30,496 bases of DNA from Octopus sinensis (Eukaryota), in NCBI RefSeq assembly GCF_006345805.1, contig NW_021832702.1, positions 1-30,496 on the forward strand. The letters are read 5' to 3'. How positions within the stretch are numbered: position 1 is the first letter of the stretch; each line of letters starts with the position of its first letter. Below the pieces are notes generated by a model. It was not told the DNA's origin. It was given only the letters and a program-made list of their open reading frames with translations, and did no database searches. Below are positions 9,961-19,755 of this stretch, in pieces. Position numbers and translations under genes: made by a program.

Positions 9961-10205
9961 TTTTGCTTGTTTGTTGTTACGTCTCTAACAAGCATTCGCC
10001 GTTGAGAAGACAACCTCACTTATATATAGAGTGACAGTAATGATAGATCTGCCGTACTTTTTCTCATCAACCGGAAGTGAACGGAAATGGACCGCAGATT
10101 TCCATTTTGTTTTCATTTACTCAATTGATTTTTACGTTTCTCTTTCTTCTAAAATGTTCTTCTTGTAGTTACTGTTATTGTTTTTTTTATTCTTATGCTT
10201 TCTCT

Positions 10206-10271
<66 letters not shown>

Positions 10272-10719
10272 ATATTATATATATATGGTAATGGTGGGTT
10301 CAGTCACTATATTATAGAAAAGACATCTAATTGATCAGCGGGAGAGGTTTAGCCTCTTTTTCATTACTTGCATTTTTTTAACGTTTACATCCACCACCCG
10401 TCCTCTTCCCCCACCTCAGTCACAGCCGCCGCCACCACCGCCACCGCACCGCCGTCCTCTTCTCTTACCATTCTGTCATTTACTTGCTCATTTACTCTAC
10501 AAGACTTCGCATGTAGACTTTGCTTACCGACCTCTCTGTCTCTTCATAAATGTTTGTGATCATACACACACACACAGAAATACACATATGCATACACACA
10601 TATATGCCCAGATAGGTACATACATATATATAGACCTACGTACATACGTTGATGAATGCATACATTCATACATGCATACATACAAATACGCTTATATACA
10701 TGTGCGTGTGCATGTATGC

Positions 10720-10754
<35 letters not shown>

Positions 10755-10958
10755 ATATATATATACCACATACCCACACATGTGTGTCTATGTCTGTCTC
10801 TGAGTGCGCCAGCGCGTGTATCTAGATGTTTGTATAAATACACAACCGTGCACATACAAAAGCTGTAGTTTCAAAAACTTAAGAAATATATACTTGAACA
10901 GAGACATTTTTTTTATCAATCTAGGTAATTGCAAATATATACATACACACACACATAC

Positions 10959-11009
<51 letters not shown>

Positions 11010-11103
11010 TATAACTTACATACTAGATTCATAAACGACTAATTTAGCTATTTTTCCGTAGACTGAAAAAGTAATGAACAAACTTTATCGATTTTCGAAT
11101 ATT

Positions 11104-11490
11104 GATGGAAGCACTCCGTCGATTACGACGATGAGGGTTCCGGTTGGTCCGAATCAACGGAACAGCCTGCTCGTGAAATTAACGTGTAAGTGGCTGAGCA
11201 CTCCACAGACACGTGTACCCTTAACGTAGTTCTCGGGGATATTCAGCGTGACACAGAGAGTGACAAGGCCGGCCCTTTGAAATACAGGTACAACAGAAAC
11301 AGGAAGTAAGAGTGAGAGAAAGTTGTGGTGAAGGAGTACAGCAGGGATCACCACCATCCCCTGCCGGAGCCTCGAGGAGCTTTAGGTGTTTTCGCTCAAT
11401 AAACACTCACAACGCCCGGTCTGGGAATCGAAACCGCGATCCTATGACCGCGACTCCGCTGCCCTAACCACTGGGCCATTGCGCCTCCAC
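11104..11490 (-). mobile_element. Full-length tRNA-derived SINE family C with 11-bp target-site duplication
   Basis: Head GTGGAGGCGCAATGGCCCAGTGGTTAGG...GGTTTCGATTCCC; TTTCGAATATT flanks both ends (11093-11103 and 11491-11501). Confidence 0.9.
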
Positions 11491-11522
11491 TTTCGAATAT
11501 TATTGGATTCTCATCAGAGGAA
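11491..11522 (-). ncRNA. Hammerhead-like core (CUGAUGA-stem II-GAAA) split from its stem III by the SINE insertion
   Basis: Minus strand CUGAUGA GAAU-ccaauaau-AUUC GAAA; palindromic AUCGAU lies on the far side of the SINE at 11087-11092. Confidence 0.4.
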
Positions 11523-12513
11523 TCTACATCATTTTGACCAATGCCAGTGAAATATGCAACCAATCTGTTTATATATTCAACAATTACAGTAGCTACAGAA
11601 AACAGGAGCTGCTAATTTGCATACCTTGTGAACCTTGCGCTAGGAAGTTTTCATTAGTTACCTGATATTTATGAAAACTCATTTGACATTGATGCAACAT
11701 GGCTATATCTGTGTTGCTCTACAATTCACCTAGCCTTTACCTTCTGTTAGCCATACACGTGACACACCACAGCAGGGCAGCAACAGTAACCATTCCTATC
11801 ATGCGGTAACTATTATGTTTTTGTTGAGCGTTGAGGGTTCACTCTGCATTTCCATCTTTACCCTTTCTTAGACAATGGCATAGCAATGATATAGAATTTT
11901 CACCAATGCACGCTACATCCACTATAAATATTTTCATCTCTACAGATATTTCTGGGTTAGCTCTTTGAGCAACTCCATTTTCTGCAGTTCACTCAGTGTG
12001 TGGCTAATATTGGTAATATATCGGTTACCCATCTCTGTTCAATGCAAGTCAGAACTTAACGTTCTTTAAACCTCAACACCGATGTCGACCCTTTCAGTGC
12101 AGTAATTGAACGCTACATGTGTCTGCAACAATTAAATGCTGCTACTTTGGTAGTTTCGTAACACGGAAGATATAGCTTAGGCGGGAATAGCTACGAAATT
12201 CTGGTTGGCAGTGCAGTTGCATCTTCCGTAGCTACGGTGTTTGGGAGGTGGTGGAATCTTGGCTATCTTTGAAAATGGAGGAGTAACAATCAAGCAAGAA
12301 TCTGTATTACTTGTGAACGATATAACAGCTGTCAAGTGTGAATGTATTGATGGGCGAATACACGAATGGAGTAGCGGTTATAGGAGTGAATATATGGATG
12401 TATGGATAAATAGAGGAGTCGATTATTTGGATTCGGAAACGGCAGAGAGCATGACTTTCTCAGGGACACTAACAATCGCATGCAAACAGGCTTACATATT
12501 TACATACTTACAC

Positions 12514-12554
12514 ACATACATAGGCGCAGGAGCCACTCTTGCGCCTATGTATGT
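12514..12554. repeat. 41-bp palindrome made of two inverted SINE family B 5' ends
   Basis: ACATACATAGGCGCAGGAG-cca-CTCTTGCGCCTATGTATGT; 19-bp arms with one mismatch. Confidence 0.7.
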
Positions 12555-12582
12555 ATGTATGTATGTATGTATGTATGTATGT

Positions 12583-13000
12583 CATTATTCAGTTTATTTC
12601 AAGATTTCCTGCCAATAGAGAAATAACCTACATCCAAAGCTCCTTCATTGGAATTTTAATATCAACAACATGGTATGTATGTATGTATATGTGCAGATTT
12701 GTATGTTTTGCTTTATGTATATATTCTCATGCATATAATTGCATATCTAGACATTCTCATATATATTTAAATGATAAACTTCTGGAAACTTTTACAGATT
12801 TTTAGTTCCATTGATGGATTGGATCTGTAGTCTTCGAATTAGCTTTCTCCTTTCTGGTTTTCTGGCTAATTTCTCAAGACTGGTATTTAGGCAGTGTGTT
12901 ACATATCCCAGGGCCCTAATAATTACAGGTATATACCTCAACTTGTAATCTGGATAGAGTAACTTCACATTTCTAAATAGTTCAGCACAGGTGTTTTCTT
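12583..13000 (-). pseudogene. 3' end of an R4/Dong-like (RLE-class) non-LTR retrotransposon, decayed
   Basis: Minus-strand translation ELFRNVKLLYPDYKLRYIPVIIRALGYVTHCLNTSLEKL...LIRRLQIQSINGT, then after a frameshift KICKSFQKFII*. This resembles the RLE C-terminal xIPxVIGALG motif. It is followed by a 3' UTR with AATAAA and a (CATA)n tail. Confidence 0.7.
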
Positions 13001-13656
13001 GTATGTATGTATGCATGTATGTATGTATGTATGTATGTATGTATGTATGTATGTATGTATGTTTGTGTGTGTGTGTGTGTATGTGTGTGTGTGTGTGTAA
13101 TATGTATATATGTATGATGTATGCATGTGTGTATGTATGTGTGTAGAAAGAACAGTATCCTGCTTCGAGTATGCAACTATCTTTTTCCCTTCGCGGCAGT
13201 TATACTAACTTCCGTAATGGAGTCATCGAAGCGCACAATGGAGTGTGGAGATAATTCTATGTCATGGAAAAGGAAGCTTGCGATTCTATCTAGTCTCCCA
13301 CGCTCTTAAATACGACATTAATAAACAAGTATTAGCATTATGACAATAATGTTCTCAGAAATTTCATACGCATGCAGCCACACACACACATACACACGCA
13401 CATACCCACAAACACATACATTCAGATAGGTAGATAGAGAGATAGAGTGCCAGACAGACAGACAAACAAACAGGCAGACAGATAAAAAGACAGAGACACA
13501 CACGCACGCACACACACACACACACACCACACACACACACGAGTGGGCGGATGGACGGGCAGACGGACGGAAAAACGGATGGACAGACAGACGGACAGAG
13601 GGATGTATGGTCTGACGGATGGCTGGTCAGACAGACAGACTGACAGGCAGACAGAC

Positions 13657-13712
<56 letters not shown>

Positions 13713-13728
13713 GGATAGATAGATAGAT

Positions 13729-13850
13729 AAGTTTCTTTATTGGCCACACAGGGCTGCACACAGATGGGACAAGTTACAAGGTAGAGCTTTTCTTTTGGGG
13801 GATGAAAAAAAAAAAGGTGGTGTAGGTTTTCGATCAAAAGGGATCGTAAA
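13729..13850 (-). mobile_element. Probable 3'-terminal fragment of a non-LTR retroelement with a (TATC)n tail
   Basis: Minus strand ...CCCTGTGTGGCCAATAAAGAAAC runs directly into (TATC)n. No coding signal, so the family is not assignable. Confidence 0.4.
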
Positions 13851-14185
13851 AGGGGGAAAAAAAGGAAAAGAAAAAAAAGGAAAAAAAGAAAAAAAAGGAA
13901 AAAAAAAGAAAAAAGGAAAAAAAGAAAAGAAAAATGAAAAAAGAAGAAAAAAGATAGATAGATAGATAGATTGATAGATAGATAGATAAGGCAGACAGAC
14001 AGATAGATAGATAGAGAGTGCTAGAGAGATAGAGAGATAGATTTGCCATTTTGAACCATCCTGGGGCAAAAGGAACGTATCTCACTGTCAACGCAACGCT
14101 ATGATTGTGAATTTCAGCGGAAATTTTTTACCAGCTATTTCTGGACAATTGCTCAATAATGGTTGAATTAATAAAGATATATGTC

Positions 14186-14843
14186 CAGGGTGCACCAAAA
14201 GTAGGCTTACAGCTATCACGTGGGCGCTTTAAATTTCTATTCAAACATTTTGTTACATTTAAATTTGTATCTTACAAACAGAAAAGGAAGCTTGACAAAA
14301 GCAGAATGGCTGTGTGGTAAGTAGCTTGCTTACCAACCACATGGTTCCGGGTTCAGTCCCACTGCATGGCACCTTGGGCAAGTGTCTTCTGCTATAGTCC
14401 CGGGCCGACCAAAGCCTTGTGAGTGGATTTGGTAGACGGAAACTGAAAGAAGCCTGTCGTATATATGTATATATATATATATGTATGTGTGTTTGTGTGT
14501 GTTTGTGTGTGTGTGTGTGTGTTTGTCCCCCTAGCATTGCTTGACAACCGATGCTGGTGTGTTTATGTCCCCGTTACTTAGCGGTTCGGCAAAAGAGACC
14601 GATAGAATAAGTACCGGGCTTATAAAAAATAATAAGTCCCGGGGTCGAGTTGCTCGATTAAAGGCGGTGCTCCAGCATGGCCGCAGTCAAAATGACTGAA
14701 ACAAGTAAAAGAGTAAAAGAGTAAAAGAAATTAGCATAGAATAGCGGTTTCATATTTTTTTAATGATTAAGATCTAAACTGTAAATATATAAATGCGAAA
14801 GAGATAGTTGAATAACTGTAAGCCTACTTTTGGGGCCACCCTG
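14186..14843. mobile_element. Tc1/mariner-type MITE (~32-bp TIRs) carrying a nested SINE B
   Basis: Left CAGGGTGCACCAAAAGTAGGCTTACAGCTAT (14186-14216); right arm reverse complement CAGGGTGGCCCCAAAAGTAGGCTTACAGTTAT (14812-14843) followed by TA. Confidence 0.8.
14301..14728 (+). mobile_element. SINE family B
   Basis: Collinear with other family B copies; (AGTAAAAG)n tail. Confidence 0.85.
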
Positions 14844-14929
14844 TATATTGATGAGGAATGAAACTCGGAGTTATAAAGTATTTTCTGTAAATGGTTGTAA
14901 TCACTCTCTACGTATATATTTGTATATAT

Positions 14930-15161
14930 CTATTTCTTTACTACCCACAAGAGGCTAAACACAGAGGGGACAAACAAGGATAGACAAACGGATAAAGTCG
15001 ATTACATCGACACCAGTGCGTAACTGGTACTTAATTTATCGACCGCGAAAGGATAAAAGGCAAAGTCGACCTCGGCGGAATTTGAACGCAGAACGTAACG
15101 ACAGACAAAATACGGCAACGCATTTCGCCCGGCGTGCTAACGTTTCTGCCAGCTCACCGCC
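14930..15161 (-). mobile_element. Full-length SINE family A
   Basis: Head GGCGGTGAGCTGGCAGAAACGTTAG through tail GTAGTAAAGAAATAG. Confidence 0.85.
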
Positions 15162-15599
15162 TTTTTTGTATATTTGTATATATCTGCATGTGTATATGTA
15201 TGTGTGTGCGAACTCGCGTGTGTGTATTTGCCTCTGTGTGTGTCCGAAATTTGTTATGAAAATTATGTCTAATAAAAGACAGCATCGTTGCGGTTTAAGT
15301 TCCACTCCCATGGAATAATTCAAATGTTGAAGTATAAATGGAAGTTTATAGCCTGTGTTTATAAGGAGATCAAAGAAATGCGTTTCTTTATAATAAACTA
15401 ATGGGAAGTCGATGGGAAAATGCATGTAATAACAACAGAATGAATAAATTAAGAAGTATATATTCATGTACGTGTATGTGTATGTCGTATATATATATAT
15501 ATACACACACACACCCACGTGTGTGTGTGTGTCTCGAAAGAAAATCACCCTGCATGATAAATTACAAGCCAACGGGAAATAAAATAAATTATATGTGTT

Positions 15600-15656
<57 letters not shown>

Positions 15657-15945
15657 TATATATGTATATATGTATGTATGTATATATATATGTGTGTATG
15701 TATGTATATATATATGTATGTAAATATACCTGTTTATGTAAAAAAAATGATATGTGTGTATGTGTATGTGTGTGTGTGATTCAAGATACATTTGCTGCTG
15801 GCTTAAATTTAAGGTGGTTATATAAAATAGGTATGTATATATATATACACACATATATGTGTGTGTGTGTGTGTGTGTGTAAGCATGTACGTCTCTGTGT
15901 GCACGGGGTTATGGAGATATGAGTGTGTGCACCTATATATATATA

Positions 15946-15996
<51 letters not shown>

Positions 15997-17070
15997 AACT
16001 CACGCACGTATATTCATAGGATAATTTGCTGCGGGCATGAAACCCGTATCATATATACATATATATGGATACTTATAACGGGTATGTGTTTACTGCAGCT
16101 TCACACGCCCTAATGCTTCATGCGACAATGTATGTGTGTGTGTGTGCGTGCGTGTGAGTGTATGTTTCTCCGCGCCTCTCAACTCACCCTCACGGTTTTT
16201 TTTTTTTTGTTCACCGCTTACGTGCGAGATTGGGAGAGAAACGTAACCCTAATGGTTAAATTTTACGGCAACAAAGTTCATACTGGCTGGATATACTGGT
16301 TAGTTGAATTCTTGTCACTTTTGATGATTTGATAAATAACTCCTAAATTACCACTTATTTTCCACATTCTGCCGGCAATATATTGCTTCCCTAGAGGGCA
16401 CAGCAAGCCGAATAATACAAACAACAATATATAACAAATGAAAAGAAACGATGCAAGTGTTAAGTAGCTGCGAATAAAAACATTTAATACAGCCATTTTG
16501 GATTTTACACCAGGCCAATTACGGGAGTTTAAATATTGCTTTATATTAAGGCAGTTAATTTACAATCATGTTTTGCTTTTCGCAATAATAGCCAAACTGT
16601 GACCTCATTGTTATATATTTTATCTATCGATTTATCTACCCATCAGTCTATCTATCAATATATCTAACTTCGGAGTTATCTATTAATTTATCTATTTGTC
16701 GGCCTATACAAGCTGCCTATATATCTGTACATATATCATGCTAATATACATATATATATTTATATATATGTATATATATATATATTCTTTTATTCTCTTA
16801 CTTGTTTCAGTCATTTGACTGCGGCCATGCTGGAGCACTGCCTTTTAGTCGAGCAAATCGACTACAGAACTTATTCTTTGCAAGCCTAGTACTTATTCTA
16901 TCGGTCCTCTTTTTGCCGAACCGCTAAGTTACGGGGACGTAAACACACCAGCATCGGTTGTCAAGCGATGTTGGGGAGGACAAACACAGACACACATACG
17001 CACACGCACAAACACACACATACATACACATACACGCACGCACACATACACACACACACACAAATATATT

Positions 17071-17274
17071 TTGTTGGACCGTTAGCTCCTACACGCATTT
17101 TTTCTCTCCTTGTTTCTCTCCTTGTTTCTTTTCTGTGTATCTTTCTGTCGAAGAGCGTAGGCTCGAAACGTAAAAGACTTGTTTTATTTCTATTCATGAG
17201 CGCCATACTAATACAATTGTTTGTTTGTACTCCACCTGCCTTCGTCTTTTGTTTATTTTCGTAAACCTTCCCGT
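17071..17274 (+). mobile_element. Short non-coding insertion with a hammerhead-like motif (Penelope pseudo-LTR-like)
   Basis: Absent from the other family B copies; contains the motif at 17140-17177. Confidence 0.5.
17140..17177 (+). ncRNA. Minimal type I hammerhead-like motif with a variant core
   Basis: UCUUU/AAAGA stem I; CUGUCGA+A; GAGC-guag-GCUC stem II; GAAA; palindromic ACGU stem III; GUA triplet. Confidence 0.45.
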
Positions 17275-17476
17275 TATATATATATATATATATATAATAT
17301 ATATATATATATTATATATATATAATATATATACGACGTGCTTCTTTCAGTTTCCGTCTACCAAATCCACTCACGTGGATTTGGTCGGACCGAGGCTATA
17401 GTAGAAGACACTTTCCCAAGGTGCCTCGCAGTGGGACTGAACTTGGAACCATGTGGTTGGTAAGCAAGCTACTTAC

Positions 17477-18048
17477 CTCTACTCTACTTTTGCCCGATCC
17501 TGCCTTGAATACTGTTGCTTACTGTGGTCTCTCCATACGAAGCAAAGCATTATGAAAGTGGAAACACTCCAGAGGTCAATAACAAGAGAGATATGACAGG
17601 CATTGGCTACTGGGGTTGATTAAAAAACTCAATCTCAACTCTCTCCGACGCCGCTGTGAGCGCTACATTATTTGTGTGATATGGATAATATTTAATCAAT
17701 ATTGCACAAATGATGTTGGCATCAATTTTAAAATCCACCCAAGACTTGGCCGCCGCGCTGTTCACCCACTGCAAATATCGAACTCAAGACACATGACAGT
17801 ATTACAATACAACTACTTTAGTTCAACCGGTCCAGGTTTGCTCTTTTACTCTTTTACTTGTTTCAGTCATTTGACAGTGGCCATGCTGGAGCACCGCGTT
17901 TAGTCGAGCAAATCAACTCCAGGATTTATTCTTTGGAAGCCTGGAAATTATTCTATCGGTCTGTTTTGCCGAACCGCTAAGTTACGGGGACGTAAACACA
18001 CCACCATGCGATGTTGGGGTGGGGACAAAGACAGACACACAAACATAC

Positions 18049-18079
<31 letters not shown>

Positions 18080-18533
18080 CATACATACATACATACATAC
18101 GACGGGATTCTTTCAGTTTCCGTCTATCAAATCCATTCACAAGGCTTTGGTCCGCCCGAGGCTATAGTAGAAAACAGTTGCCCAAGGTGCCATGCAGTGG
18201 GACTGAATCCGGAACCATGTGGTTCGCAAGGAAGCTACTTACCACACAGCCACTCCTACGCCTATAGGCTTTCCTACACTTTCTTTAATATTATTACCAA
18301 AATACATCAAAACGGAAACAAAATTCAAAAGGTTTCTGAACAATTTTTTCCAAAACGTCCGGACTAACCTCCTACACCCGGATATGTCTCCAATAATAAT
18401 AACTCTTTGCTAGTGTGGGCCATGGTGGCCCATATATGACTGAGGTGTGAATCACGATCTAAAAGACTTTACCAGATGTTCTATTAAGTTAGACATGTCC
18501 TGGGACTATAATGGCCCAAACATGTCTAAGTTA
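17477..18533 (+). pseudogene. CR1/L2-group LINE ORF2 C-terminus and 3' UTR relic, split by a SINE B insertion
   Basis: LYSTFARSCLEYCCLLWSLH...KVETLQRSITREI*, then KKLNLNSLRRRCERYIICVIW...HPRLGRRAV, then after the SINE PD*PPTPGYVSNNNNSLLVWA. These match the post-RT motifs LEYC..WSP, LxxLxLxSLxxRRxR and PDxP. Confidence 0.75.
17841..18262 (-). mobile_element. SINE family B, full length, inserted in the LINE relic
   Basis: Collinear with other family B copies. Confidence 0.85.
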
Positions 18534-19214
18534 TCTCTCTATATATAAAACTGAGAATGTGTGTCTGTCTGTGTGTTTCCCTAAAACTTGAGAACTACAC
18601 AACCAATTTCATTCAAATTTTACACATGCGGGGAGTGTCATCGGCAAAAAATCTTAACTTTTTCCCTAGGGCGACCCCACAGCAGTATCATCTTCTCCAC
18701 TATTTCAGTATTACGTGTTAAAAGTGAAACAAAAACATCTCTCTTTTGTAATGCAGACACTTTCACTATTAAAGTGAAAATATTATATAACAAGGATGAA
18801 CCATTAACAATGGTCATCCATTTTGCTAGAAGATCCTCTATGGCCTTATATGCTACACCACAGGTTTTCAATTCATATTAATCAAAATAATATTCAATAT
18901 TTCACCCTTATTATGTGTATGTGTGTGTGTATTAGCAATTCGTATAAAATTGCATCAATGACTTGAACTTGAATAAGTGGTTTCACATAAATGGGGATTA
19001 ATTAAAAAGGTTTGTTATTATTATTACTGTTTGACTATTGTAATCACGTTTGTTGGTTCCTCGTCAGGGACGCGCTGTTGTGTTGCATTTGTTAAATAAT
19101 TGTAAACCGTAATCCTCCCACTTTCGGGGAAAATTGAAATTCTCTGCACTTCTATACAAGAAGGAGGACAAGATCCAATTGATCGAAATTGCAACAGAAG
19201 GGCCTACAATTCCA

Positions 19215-19749
19215 ATTTTTGAAAATTTTTTTCAAAATTTTCCCCAAATATTTTTGACAAATTTTTTGAAAATTTTCCCCAAAAATTTTGAAAAATTTTT
19301 TGAAAATTTTCCTCAAAAATTTTAGAAAATATGCTTTGAAAATTTTCCCCAAAAATTTTTGAAAAATTTTTCGAAAATTTTCACCGAAATTTTTGAAAAT
19401 TTGTTTGAAAGTCTTTTGAAAATTTTTACCGAAAATATTTTGAGAAATTTTTTGAAAATTTTCCCCAAAGATTTTTTTTTAATTTTTTGAAAATTTTCCT
19501 CAAAAATTTTTGAAAAATTTCTTGAAACTTTTCCCCATAAATTTTTGAAAACTTTTTCAAAAATGTTTCAAAAATATTTAGAAAATTTTTAGTAAATTTT
19601 GCGGTAAAATTTCTTGAGAATTTTCCCAAAAAATTTTTGAAGAAGTTTTTAGAAACTTTTCACCAAAATTTTTGAAAAATTTTTTGAAAATTTTCCCCTA
19701 AAATTTTTGAAAGATTTTTTGAAAATTTTCCCCCAAAATTTTTGAAAAG
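19215..19749. repeat. ~35-bp AT-rich minisatellite (GAAAATTTTCCCCAAAAATTTTTGAAAAATTTTTT-like)
   Basis: GAAAATTTTCC recurs at ~19269, 19303, 19339, 19374 ... 19687, 19721. Confidence 0.85.
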
Positions 19750-19755
19750 TCTGTG

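Larger units (their letters stand above)
16786..17476 (-). mobile_element. SINE family B, ~20 bp 5'-truncated, with a ~200-bp insertion in its internal microsatellite
   Basis: Family B halves at 16786-17060 and ~17333-17476. Confidence 0.85.

Noticed and set aside
10070-10089. Tandem ETS-like sites ACCGGAAGTG / ACGGAAATG
   Set aside because: Short motifs with no supporting TSS, exon or splice evidence.
11520-12470. Unique stretch as a coding exon or transposase relic
   Set aside because: Only short open frames on either strand, with no motif I can recognise; a tblastx or blastx search would be needed.
227-16332. Homopolymeric or dipeptide ORFs (poly-His/Thr/Gly/Val/Ile/Asn, YIYI, THTH, SIYL, CVCV)
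   Set aside because: Direct translations of microsatellites, with no domain-like sequence.
16388-16401. CTCF-like motif TCCCTAGAGGGCAC
   Set aside because: About 12 of 14 positions match a degenerate consensus, which is expected occasionally by chance in 30 kb.
18638-18881. ORFs inside the Helitron 5' region as RepHel or Tc1 fragments (an IENLW pentapeptide on the minus strand)
   Set aside because: The pentapeptide is flanked by stops and no other transposase, Rep or helicase motif is recognisable.
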